In this document: one piece after another, positions 1 through 10,921 of the stretch
How the letters are laid out: every line of letters starts with the position of its first letter
Position numbering within the stretch: position 1 is the first letter of the stretch
Assembly (NCBI GenBank): GCA_030704615.1
Contig: CM060733.1
Coordinates: 7,812,001 to 7,876,000, forward strand
Direction: 5' to 3'
Origin: Takakia lepidozioides
Lineage: Eukaryota > Plantae > Bryophyta
Length of the DNA stretch: 64,000 nucleotides
The notes under the pieces: generated by a model
The model's database searches: none
Seen by the model: the letters and a program-made list of their open reading frames with translations, nothing else
Told to the model about the DNA's origin: nothing
Translations under genes and position numbers: made by a program

Positions 1-2418
1 CCTGTGAAGAAGACTGAAAAGCCAAAGTTCTGGCTTGTAAATAAGAAGCCATTAGCTGTTCCTCAGGTATATAGACTCTTTTGTCGATATTTGAAGTGAG
101 GTCCTCCACTTGAGTCTGCAGTCCGTCCACATCCTCCTGTAACTTTGCTATCATACTATAGACATTGTCTATAGTAGTTGTGGCAATGTTCTGCACTTGC
201 AGTCTGAGCTCATTCATCTCGCTTTGGGTGAGCTTTCGTGGTGCTTTGCCCTCCACTGGCCCTTGTGCTAACCAGACCTGCATAAGGTGGTTATCCACCA
301 AGTTGCTTGTGGTTCCTCTGAGAGTGTGCTCCTCTCTTAGTTTGTACACATCCAATTGCTATTGTAAAGCCTCCATGCGCTTCGCATGAGGTTCAACCAA
401 ATTCGCATAGGCAGCAAGTAGATTATTGGCTTCCTTCCAAGCCTTGTTAGTGACCGAGATTTCATTTCTATTGGCCATGATCGTTTGTTGCAACTCCAGG
501 ATGTGCCTCTCTTGATCAGCTTCAATTTGCCTGTATTGCTTGAAAGTATCCTCATTGCGACAGATTGTATTCTTCATATCGACAATGAGTTTCATTTGCT
601 CAACATTCTCTGCTTCTGCCTTCATACATTTTTCTGCTTGACTGTTTATTTCTTTTGTAGATTGGTCAAGCATAGTTGTGAGTGTAGCACATTGTATGGC
701 CATCCTGTTATGCACTGTCTGCAACTCCATATGTAGTGCATTCACTTCTTGCAACTTGCTTTCATGCTTCACCTGCATTTGGTATAGCTGTTGCTTATGT
801 GCTTCGTGCAATTGGTCTTGCGCGAGGCCTGCCTCAATCAATTGTTCCTTGGCCAATTGCAAAGCCGCTTCTGTTTTCTCCAAGTCTTGCTGCATCTTGA
901 GAGTGACCTCTTCATCGACCTTGTTTGCACACTCAGTGGCTAGTCGAGCCTCAAATTTCTTCTTGAGTTCCTCTCTCAAGGCTGTCAATTGGGTAGTTGG
1001 AACATGGGATTTGACATAAGTCCCCAACAAATTAAGTGTCCTGCCTATGGAACTCATAAGCATTGTCTGTTGAGGGTCATCATGGTGAGCTTGCTGCTGT
1101 TCTCCCTGATCCTCAACAGTGTGATGTCTCACGAACCACTCAGGCCATTGTCCCACCAGATTTTCTTCCTGAACCACTTCATCCATCACCGGTGCTGCAG
1201 TGTCTTGACATTCTACCTGTGGTACCTCCGACACAGGTGTATGTATTATATGCACCTCAGGATTTCCCTTGGGCAACTGTTGCACCTCTGGAATCTCTGT
1301 CTCCTTGACCAGACCAGAATATTCATATTCATATTCATGTCCCCCTTCTCAATTTTTGCCACTATCTGTTCTGTAGTTGGAATATCTAACCCTTCTTTTT
1401 CCAAATCAATTATTTCTGGTTGAGCTGCATGGACAACTTGTAACCTTGTGACAAGCCGATCATCTGGCTGTGATGGCTGTGATACTGAAGTAACTTCCTC
1501 TTCCCTCTCTGAAGGTCCTGCTTCTAGTAATAGCAGTTCTCTGTGCTGCTGTGCCCCTTCCTCCACAAAAACTTGGGAAACATTATCATGCGGATTCCGT
1601 GAAGCCAGTGGATCCGCCACTACAGTCTTTCCCCGCCTCTGTCTCTTATTCTCGTGTTGCCCTGCCATTCCACCCTCACTGTGTGAAGAGCCTTGCTCTT
1701 CCATTGCAGTGGTTTCTGGCTCAAACACTCCCATCTCCTTTCTTTCTCGAGCATCAAGGATGCCAGAATCAAGAATTATTTGAGCAATGATTGGGCCAGA
1801 CACTATGATAGGAGACTTTGCGGCAGTACCCTGTAATCTTTTCATCTCCTCTACCAGTGCGTTGTACATTATGTCCGCCCATTCTACCTTTTCTCCTCTC
1901 AGGGCTTTGAGTATTTCCTCTGTGAAGGATCTGCTCAAATACTGTTGGTTCTGTTTCATGGCAAACAGAACGTTCAATACCTGGCCTACCTTCTTAAGCC
2001 CTGGGTACACGGCCTTGGTACAAGCATAACCCTGAGTTTTAAAGAAACTCCCTTCTTGGAATAAGTCCCCTATTTGCAGTCTTGCCCTGTGCTCCTCCAC
2101 ATGCACCTGGCCTGCTGACAATCGAAACAATTGCTGTAGGTATAGGGGAGTAATTACTAATTCAACTCCCTTCACCGTTGTTGTTCCTGTCCTTGGCTCA
2201 AAGTTCTGTAAGAATTGTAACATATACTGTCTATGGTGCAATGTCCAATCTTTGCTTTGCAATCCTTGCAATCTCAGCTCCTTCAGTATCTGTATCGCCT
2301 GTGGGGTAAATTTCGCTTTTCTGTACTTGCCGTTTGTTCCGTTCCCCTTTTTCCGTATTCATTAATGGGCCCGCCATTCATCCAAATTGACGCGCTAAGT
2401 AGGTACTTTGACGGCCAT
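1..2418 (-). pseudogene. Additional 3' ORF of the retrotransposon (env-like/plant-transposon-ORF N-terminus plus long coiled coil), disrupted
   Basis: ORFs 1246..2271 and 359..1285 are joined by a frameshift near 1290-1330. The frame extends back to an ATG at 2418 through three stops and continues past the TAG at 359 to position 1. The pattern 'MLQFLQNF...VKGVELVITP...LFRL...KVEWADIM' resembles Athila-type extra ORFs. Confidence 0.65.
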
Positions 2419-2607
2419 TCTTGTCCTCTTTCTTGATGACACCTGTTCTTGCACTTCCTTCTCAGCTGTGTGTCGCGCCCTGACTTCCACGTGTCTATTT
2501 TTAAACTGGTTTCCGTCCTTTCTTCCGTCGGCCATTTTCCTGAAGTTATTGTGCGTCCACCTGTCACTGATTCTATGGATCGTGTAACCCTAGTAGGCTG
2601 TGTTGAG

Positions 2608-2897
2608 CTGTGACAGGCTGTGTCATACTGTGGTATGCTGTGATAGGCTGTGATGCACTGTGGTAAGCTGTGATAGGCTGTGACACACTGTGGTAGGTTG
2701 TGATAGTCTGTGTTGCGCCGTGCTGGGCTGTGATAGGCTGTGTTTCGCCTTGATGGGCTGTGATAGGCTGTGTTTCGCTTTGATGGGCTGTGATAGGCTG
2801 TGTTTCGCCTTGATGGGCTGTGATAGGCTGTGTCACGTCGTGATGGACTGTGATAGGCTGTGTTTCGCCTTGATGGGCTGTGATAGGCTGTGTCACG
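2608..2897. repeat. 30-bp minisatellite, ~10 units (near-constant CTGTGATAGGCTGTG plus a variable 15-mer)
   Basis: Units start at 2608, 2638, 2668 ... 2878. Translates as (TAYHSPSRRN)n in the pol frame. Confidence 0.95.
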
Positions 2898-3029
2898 TTT
2901 GTTCTGCCCGCCCTGGTCATATATGCTTGGCCTAGCGACAAGTGCTCCATACTCCGTTGGTAACACTGGCGCAGCCCGTGACTGCTCTTGCGTTTCAACA
3001 TGCAAATCATGCTGCAATGGTTTGTCATG

Positions 3030-4272
3030 GATACCACTGTATCCCTTTAACTTATTGGCATTGACTCTTCCCAGCATTTCTTTGTTAATGGTTTGTAACA
3101 TGGCGGTGTTGTTATCATACATCTTTTGTATGACATAAGGTCATTTCCATGGTGATTTAAGCTTAGAAGCTTTAATTTTTCCCTTCTTCTGCAACCATAG
3201 AACCAAATCTCCCGTCTTAAAAGTTTTTAACTTGTTTTCATCAAACTGTTCCTTCCTCTTCATCTGAATTCTGGTCATATTATTAGCTACATCAGCACGT
3301 ACTTCTTCCACATGGTATAATTCATGTTTCCTGACCTTAATGAAATCTTGCAATTCCATTCTCTTTCCCCACTCCGTTCTCATGGTAGGTAACAGGAATT
3401 CCACTGGAAGTAAGGCTTCCATACCATAAACTAATTGGAATGGTGTATACTTAGTGGTGACTTTATATGAAGTCCTGAATGACCACAAAGCTGTCAACAG
3501 CTTTGTATCCCAATCCGTTCTGTTTGCATTGACTATCTTAGCCAAGATAGTACATAGTATTTTGTTGGTAGCCTCTGCCTGTCCATTACCCTGTGGGTAA
3601 TAGGTTGTACTCTTCCTATACACAATCATGAATTCTTTAGTCAATAATTCAATGGTCTCATTAATGAAGTGACTTCCCTGATCACTGATAAATTCTAAGG
3701 GACAGCCAAATCGTGTAAGTATGTTCTCATACAGGAACCTTGCTGTGGACTTGGCTGTGTTGTCCCTCAAAGCTTTAGCTTCCACCCACTTCGTAGTATA
3801 ATCAGTTGCTGTAATTATGTACCTGTTCCGTGTATTCTTGGTTGGTAGGTTAATTGGTCCAACAAAGTCTAGTCCCCATTTCTGAAATGGTTCCGTAGGC
3901 ATTGTAGGATGCAAGGCCATCCTTCCAGATCTCTGCAAAGGTCCTAGCCTCTGACATTCATCACAACTTTGACAATACTTGTGTACATCTTTGAATAAAG
4001 TAGTCTCTTCTCCAAAATGACCTCCAGCCACTCCTTTATGAACTTCCTCCAAAACTTTATTTACTTCATGGTGGTACAAGCATCGTTTTAGTACTCCATC
4101 AGGTCCTAGCTTATACATTCTGCTTCCTACCATAGTATAAGGTAAAGCTTTGATAGCGATTCTCTTCCTCTCCTCCTTACCATAACTAGGTGGGCATTGA
4201 CCATGAGTAAGGTAGTATCTGATTGGCCACTGCCAATCTAACCATTCATCTGCACTTCCTTGCACCTCCATT
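3030..4272 (-). pseudogene. Retrotransposon integrase (HHCC, DDE core, GPY motif), inactivated
   Basis: H..GGHFG...C..CDEC zinc finger; core motifs WGLDFVGP, ISDQGSHF and NGQAE. 'SPWK*PY' is the GPY motif with TGA at 3141-3143, and the frame continues 'VIQKMYDNN...VNANKLKGY'. Confidence 0.92.
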
Positions 4273-5368
4273 AAGATCATTTCCCTTTGCCATTCACAGA
4301 AGCAGTATTGGACACTGTGGCAGGCCATGAGATGTACTCATTCATGGATGGTTTCAGTGGTTATAATCAAGTGCAAGTGGCAGAAGAAGATCAAGGAAAG
4401 ACAGCTTTCATCACAGACTGGGGTGCTTATGCATACAAAGTCATGCCCTTTGGACTTTGTAATGCACCAGCAACCTTTCAGAGAGTGATAAGTGAATCTT
4501 TTCATGAGTATCTGGATGATTTCATGCAGGTGTTCTTGGATGATTTCAGTGTGTATAGCTCTAAGAATGAGCACTTGCATAAATTGGAGTTATGTCTGGC
4601 CAGATGCAGGATGAGAGGTCTGGGCCTGAATCCAGAGAAGTGTACTTTCTGTGTGAACTCAGGGGTGCTTCTGGGACACATTGTGTGTAAGAAGGGACTT
4701 CTTGTGGATCCCAGGAAGACAGAGTCCATTAAAGCCTCTCCACCACCAGTGAATGTTAAGAGTTTAAGGAGATTCCTTGGGCAAACCAGTTATTACAGAA
4801 GATTTGTCAAAAGGTATGCACAAATAGCAGCACCATTGAGCAAGCTTCTGAAGAAAGATACAGTGTTTGCCTGGACAGCTGAATGTCAACAGGCGTTTGA
4901 GGAACTTGCACTGTCAGTAACAACTACACCTGTGCTGATTAACCCTCACTGGCATGTAGTATTTCATGTTCACTGTGATGCATCAGGAGGAGCGTTGGGA
5001 GCGGTGTTAGCCCAAAATGTTACAGGAAATATAGATTCACCTGTGTACTATGCTAGCAGGTTGATGAACAGTGCTGAAAGGAACTATAGCACAACTGAAA
5101 GAGAAGCACTGGCAATGATTTATGCAGTCAAGAAATTCAGGCATTACCTATTGGGAAGAAAGTTTATGTTTTATGTGGATCACCAGGCTCTGATATATCT
5201 GGTGAACAAACCTTTGATAAGTGGAAGGATAGCGAGGTGGTTAATAATCTTGCATGAGTTTGAGTTCGAGGTTATTTACAAGCCTGGCCGTTTGCATCTT
5301 GTGGCTGATCATTTGTCACGACTAACAACAGGAGAGGCCGCCACAGGAGTGGACGATCAGTTACTTGA
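4273..5368 (+). pseudogene. Inverted reverse transcriptase (C-terminal part) and RNase H segment of the retrotransposon
   Basis: DHFPLPF, MPFGLCNAPATFQR and VFLDDF, then RNase H motifs HCDAS, NYSTTEREAL and VADHLSR. It is on the strand opposite to the flanking pol segments. Confidence 0.95.
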
Positions 5369-5732
5369 TGCGAGCACCCACAAGGACGCCTGGACTTTTG
5401 ACGAAACCTGTCGCCCGACCACCACAGGTTACTTGGATCTCGGATCCAAGCACCCCATCGGCACCCAGATACTCCTTGGCAAAGGTCTCCACCATGATGC
5501 GAGGATTCGCAGTCAGCACATAACTCTTCCCAAAGGAGTTGAACACACGCCATGTCTCTGGGTGCAGATACTCGCTGTAAAATTTCGGCAGAACTGCACG
5601 GGCTACAGTCTCAATCTGGGTCACTTTAAGGCCAGCCAAACTGACAAATATCAAAACTTGGATTCCTGCAGCCTCAGAGACGAAGTTATAAAGAAACCAT
5701 GCTATGGGTGCGCAGAGGAGGAGGACAAGCAT
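5365..5732 (-). pseudogene. GPAT: Captured fragment of a land-plant sn-2 glycerol-3-phosphate acyltransferase (GPAT4/6/8-type, HAD-like domain)
   Basis: '[25 protein letters not shown]...[41 protein letters not shown]...[15 protein letters not shown]' is a recognisable GPAT N-terminal domain. Retrotransposon pol sequence flanks it on both sides. Confidence 0.88.
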
Positions 5733-6306
5733 TCAGCTTCTTGTAGTTCACACATACTCTTAGTTTACCATTCTTCTTGGGAACTATAACAATGGGTGAC
5801 AACCAAGTTGTATACTCTATTGGGTATATAAACTTAGCCTCAGCCAACTTCTTGATCTCTTCTCCAACCTTCTGTGTGTAGTTGGGATTCATTATGTACC
5901 TCGCCTGCTTGATTGGTACTGACCCTGGTTCCAGTTCAATCTTATGCTGACAGACTTCAGGTGGTATCCCTTTTAGATCCTCATAGCTCCAAGCAAATAC
6001 ATATCTGTATTTGATGAACAAGCTTTTAGCTTCTTCAAAGAATTCCGGCTCCAAATCAGCTCCTACTTTCACCATCCTCGGTTCCTCTTTAGTTCCCACA
6101 TTCACTTCCCTCACCTGCTCATCAGCTGTGATTGTCCAACCAGTCACCACTTCATTCACAGTGGCTGGTTCCTCTAGGATTTCCATTTCTCCTTCTCTTT
6201 CTTCATAGAAATGTGATGGGTAACTGCTGGTTTCCTCTTCAGTTGGTGTTGCTGTCACTACACCACAGCAGATACCTCTTAAACAACTTAGGCTTTCCAG
6301 CCGCAT
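5727..6306 (-). pseudogene. Retrotransposon pol linker and RT N-terminus
   Basis: [38 protein letters not shown], ending abruptly at the GPAT junction. Confidence 0.92.
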
Positions 6307-6459
6307 CTCTGCAACCTACTCCCACTCTGGGTGTGCAGCAAATAGGGTAGCTTCCTGCTCCTCATCCAGTCCTCCTTTCCAGTCATACTCTCTGACTCCT
6401 CGAGGTCTTCTCGTAGCAGGTAATCTACTAGATTTCTTTGTGGTAATATGTATCTCGTG

Positions 6460-7305
6460 TTATCCATTATACACGGTTAGTAACTGAGAATTCCAGTCAT
6501 GGAATACCCTGGCCTGTTTTAGCCACGGACGTCCCAATAATAAGGAGTAAGCCTCCATGACTTCATCCATCTTCAACACAGTTAATGTGATCATAAAGAT
6601 CATCTTCTGTATCTGTATCGTAACTCCTCTTATTAATCCCAATGGCTGTACACTTCTTTGATCTGCCATTGTTACTGTAAATGGGGCTGGTTTCATGTTA
6701 CTTAGACCAAGCTTCTTTCTTAATTGGTCTGTCATGATATTTACTCCAAAACCTCCATCTATCAGTACATCAGTTAGTTCTGTGCTTCCAATTCTCAATT
6801 GGATTACTGGCATAGAATCATCAAAGTCCATGACTGTTTCTCGCCCTTCCGGCTTCACATTATAACTGGTCACTTTGCTGTTCAGGTCTGTGTTTCCTGT
6901 CTCCTGGGCAATTCGATTGATTGCTTGATACAGCCTGTACCTACAATAAGGTGCCGCAGCCAATAGCTGTCCAATGGTAATCTCTGCTTTGGTCTGGCAT
7001 ATTACTTCAGCCAAAGTCTCTTCATTACTTTGCATGCCTACATCTTCTTTCTTCCTTTCATCCTCACTCACTTCTTCTTCTTCATCAGAATCAGAGGAAT
7101 CTGCCACAGGAATATCAGTACTCTTCTGCATTTCCCTTATGGTATCTGCCACTTCCTTGTGCAGTTCCTTCTCATCTTTCCAAGTCTCTTCATCTTCAGG
7201 CATATCACTGCCATCTTCATTATCATCATCTTCCTCAGCTACTGGAGGTATTAGTTTGGCTTGCTTCTGGTTACTATCATTGTACTTACTTCTGGTACAA
7301 CACAT
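6460..7305 (-). pseudogene. Retrotransposon acidic spacer and aspartic protease
   Basis: VLIDGGFGVNIM (degenerate D-G-G-S active site), MADQR and LLLGRPWL. Confidence 0.88.
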
Positions 7306-7372
7306 GGCCTAACCATGTGAGCTGCCACCACTGGCCCCTCATTCACAGGAGCTCTCATCTCATTCTGGTGTC

Positions 7373-8045
7373 TTATCCAGAATGAACATGCTGCCCTGCG
7401 ATGTCCTGGTTGATTACAATAGTAACATAGTTCTTCACCATTGGGTCCTTGCCCTTGGTTTGTTCTTGGATTATTTCTGTAATCCTGATTCCCGGGCTGG
7501 TAATTCCCCTTGGATTACCCTGATAGTTGCCTCTGGAATTTCCTTGGTAATTTCCTCTTGAATTACCTCTCCCTTCCATGCCATTGTTATAACCACCAGA
7601 CCTACCATAGTGGTCCTGATCATTGTTTCTTCTTGGCTGGGGCTGCACCTGATGCACCCTTACTTGCCTAGGTTCTCTTGCAGCTGTCCTTCTGTTGTAG
7701 TAACAATTCTCAGTAGAATGGTTATCCATTTTACAGATAGTACAGTGTTTCTCCTTCGTGTGACATTCTGTGGTGGTATGGCCTTCATTCTGGCACTTTG
7801 CACACCATACACCCTTCCTCCAATGTGATGCAGCCTCTGTGGCATACTTCTTCAAGATTTCTTCCAATCTTTTTTCATAGTTATCCCTCTTCAACTTCTC
7901 CTTTCTCTTACTCTTCCTTTTTAGTTCTTGCTCTTCTTCTTCATCTGACTCATCCTCAGAGTCCTCATCATCCCTTTTCTCTCTCCTGAGCATTCCCAAT
8001 TGCTCAATTCTGTTTGCAGTTTCAAATGCCTTGCTCAAACTAGTG
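7373..8045 (-). pseudogene. Retrotransposon gag C-terminal part with three CCHC zinc knuckles
   Basis: CAKCQNEGHTTTEC and CTICKMDNHSTENC, plus CYYCNQPGHRRAAC in a shifted frame (~7385-7430). Similarity stops at ~8045. Confidence 0.88.
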
Positions 8046-9566
8046 ATCGCGTTTTGTTGTTGCGGTTGAACATTGGGAAGAGCCTGTCAACGCTAATCTG
8101 ATTTCTAAACAGAGATCAAAATCCCAATTTATGTACATGTATGCTAGTACACCCCATGCTCTTTATCTCCTTTTCGAAGACATCAATTGGAGTCAAGTCA
8201 TAGCTAATTAACCGGCTGTCAGTGCGGGAGAGCATGGGCTATACCCTTCATCTGGCTTACGTTATTGATGCCAAACCAAGTGGGTCCTTAAAACAATCAT
8301 AGTCCCTGGCAAGCAAGAACCGGGAGAAATATCTGATCTTTGGTAAGAAGATGACAATCCTGTTCAGCATATTCTAAGGGCACTAGCTGGCCCTCACGTG
8401 AAGAGTGGGTATGTCACAATATACTAAAAACAAAGAGATATACACGAGAAAATATCCTTACACACGATATGGCATTCCACTTGGGATGTTCTATATGCGA
8501 GGATCACGGACCACCCTAGGGAAGCAACTTCCCAGTGGCTATGTTGCAGGAGTATAATGCTGAAGACCTGATGATATATCCAAGCAAAGTTGGTTGCGGC
8601 ATTTATTATATTATATTATATTTATTTAGTTAAGGAACAGGGGGTTATATCCCTGATATATTTATTATAAATTATTTGATGGGGAAAAAAATTAAAACCC
8701 CCTTACACCATGAGGTAGTTCGAGCCAGCCTCTCCTGCGGCATTGCTTTCACTGGGGTCGCAATCCTGCAACTTTATGTATTGTTTATACACTGTAAGAG
8801 ACAAAACCAACCCCGCTGAACATACATCGACCCAGTTATGTTGCAGCACCTATTCTGATCTCGAAGAATTTTGTGTGATGCCACAAGCGTGACATCAAAC
8901 CTGGACGTGCAAGCATTGCAAATATTAGAACACTGCACCTATCAATTCTTAACTTGGGGGGACGCACCAGCGATGTGGTCTGTGATAAGGGCAACACCCA
9001 CTAAATTACTTAGATTTCATTTCCGGTATAATGATCTGATAGTGATATATTAGAATATCACGTTGTGAAACTTTGATGCCGTTTAGCTTGCATCATGCGA
9101 GAGTTAAATTTTACCAAAGATCCTCTGTACCTAGTAGGTGCTTTGGCTAGTGAATAAAGATGTTCGAGCCAGTGCTATGAGAATCCAGGAGCCTTGCAAG
9201 CCCAAGTCTTCTCGGTAAAGTACGAGCAGGGCCTCTGAGAAGTAAGAGGAAGCTCTCCAGTTGATGAATCTGCAACCTAGAGCTTACACAGATAGTCACA
9301 GACTCTCCAAGTAGCGCTATTTATAGAGCTTTTTGAGTAAAAGCAAAAGTAAGGTAAATAGATAGCTTAAAAAGAGGTTGCTTTTGACCTAACCAAGAAG
9401 TATACAAGAGGCATGTGGTGCGTGCTTGAGAAACTGTATAGTCCAAGTCTTTCTGCGGGTAACGGGAATTACATTACAGAGCGTCGTGAAGCTTCTCACT
9501 GTCACAGCAGCACTCATTAGCTCTCATATTCTATCTGGCACTACCACTGATTCCCCTCATCGAACA

Positions 9567-10484
9567 ATGGCAGCAAGGACAATGGCTGCAAGGAGAGTTC
9601 TTTATGCTCTACGTTCAGCATCAGCAGCCACTGGGCGGCTTGAGCCATGGAAGTGCGATCCCGCTTTTGGGGTCGAAAGGTCGCTTGCTTCAAGATTGCA
9701 ACCTTTCAGGCTATTATATGCAAGCCCTATGGGGGCAGAAGTGGGAACAAGCACTACACAGTGGATCTCTAATTCAGGGAGCGGGAGTGGTCTGTGTGCC
9801 CCCAACACACAGATTACCAGCAAGCATGGACTGGAGGAAATAAGGACCTTGCTTGTGCATATACAGATGACAGAGCTGAAGAAGAAGCTGGCCTCATGCG
9901 AGCGCGATTGCATAAGCTACCCGGAGTTTCTTCAACTTTGTCAACAAGCTGGTGTGACATCATCTCCCGAAGATGCAGCCCAAGTCGCACGCTCACTTCA
10001 TCATGCAAGTGTGGTTCTCATATTCAGGAACAACGTCTACCTTCATCCTGAAAGAATAGCACAACTGGTAGAAAATGTGCTGCCTTCTTCTTCGAACGGA
10101 GACGTAGATAAGACGTGCACGGAAGAGTTCGATGGGATGCTCAAGGAAAAGGCTTTGATTGACTTACAGGCACACAAAGGAATGCGTCGCATCCTATGGT
10201 CAGGCATGGCGTTCCTGACACTGAAAACAGCTTTACTGTTCCGTCTCACATACTGGGACCTCTCATGGGACGTGATTGAACCGATTGCCTACTTTGTAAC
10301 AACATCTTACCTTGTGGCTGGCTACTCTTACTTCCTATACACATCAAAAGATCCTACTTACAAGGATCTTATGCACACAATTCTCCTCTCCAGACAGAGG
10401 AAGCTCTTCAAGTCAAAGAAATTCAACCTCAGCAGGTTCGAGGAACTGAAAAGGCAAAAGGACGTCCTTGAATGGAAAGGCTGA
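9567..10484 (+). CDS. MCU: Mitochondrial calcium uniporter family protein, single exon
   Basis: Arg/Ala-rich presequence from the ATG at 9567; VLIFRNNVYLHP; two hydrophobic helices flanking LTYWDLSWDVIEPIAYF (DxxE filter). Confidence 0.93.
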   Translation: MAARTMAARRVLYALRSASAATGRLEPWKCDPAFGVERSLASRLQPFRLLYASPMGAEVGTSTTQWISNSGSGSGLCAPNTQITSKHGLEEIRTLLVHIQMTELKKKLASCERDCISYPEFLQLCQQAGVTSSPEDAAQVARSLHHASVVLIFRNNVYLHPERIAQLVENVLPSSSNGDVDKTCTEEFDGMLKEKALIDLQAHKGMRRILWSGMAFLTLKTALLFRLTYWDLSWDVIEPIAYFVTTSYLVAGYSYFLYTSKDPTYKDLMHTILLSRQRKLFKSKKFNLSRFEELKRQKDVLEWKG

Positions 10485-10842
10485 AAAGGGTCGTCTGAGT
10501 ATCATCTGAGTGTGCAGTTTTCTCTCCTTTTCGGGTAACGCAGCAGAGGCAAGGACAGTTGGTAAGAGTCACAGAGAATACATGGTGCTCTTCAAGAGGT
10601 CTAGCTACTGTGGCAGTGTGAACTGTCAGTACTCCACTCTGGGCTGCAAAGCTCAAACTGCATCATGCCAGATCTTGTGTTGGGGATCACTGAAGGCTTA
10701 TCTCTGGGAGACCTTCAGGCTGAATTGCACCCACTTTTTTGTAGTATTTGACGAGCTCCAGGATTTGTAGTTCACTTTACAATTGACTTCGTCTGCACAG
10801 ACTTCAAAACATAATGTTATCATTGAAATGCATAATAAAACG

Positions 10843-10915
10843 GCCGCCCTAGCTCAGTTGGTACAGCGCAAAGCTCTTAACCTTGTGGTCGGGGGTTCGA
10901 ACCCCCCGGGCGGCG
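10843..10915 (+). tRNA. tRNA-Lys(CTT), possibly a pseudogene
   Basis: GCCGCCC/GGGCGGC acceptor stem, A box TAGCTCAGTTGG, anticodon loop CT-CTT-AA, T arm GGGGG-TTCGAAC-CCCCC, discriminator G. There is one C:C mismatch in the D stem and one A:C mismatch in the anticodon stem. Confidence 0.85.
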
Positions 10916-10921
10916 GTGTTA

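Larger units (their letters stand above)
1..8045 (-). mobile_element. Degenerate, rearranged Ty3/Gypsy LTR retrotransposon internal region (non-chromovirus, Athila-like RT/RH); 5' gag and 5' LTR missing, 3' end beyond window start
   Basis: gag (CCHC knuckles)-protease-RT-RNaseH-integrase in gypsy order once the inversion is undone. RT has KDHFPLPF and YSFMDGFSGYNQ; there are multiple stops and frameshifts. No LTR or PBS is recognisable upstream of 8045. Confidence 0.93.

Noticed and set aside
2608-2897. CRISPR-like repeat-spacer array
   Set aside because: The variable halves are related to each other and only 15 bp long; the context is a eukaryotic retrotransposon with no cas genes.
4287-5789. 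500-aa plus-strand ORF as one protein
   Set aside because: After ~5368 it is the antisense of the GPAT fragment and of the RT N-terminus, a product of the rearrangement.
8598-8845. AT-rich insert with possible GTTGC(G/A)GCA target-site duplication
   Set aside because: The duplication is imperfect and no coding or terminal signature supports a confident call.
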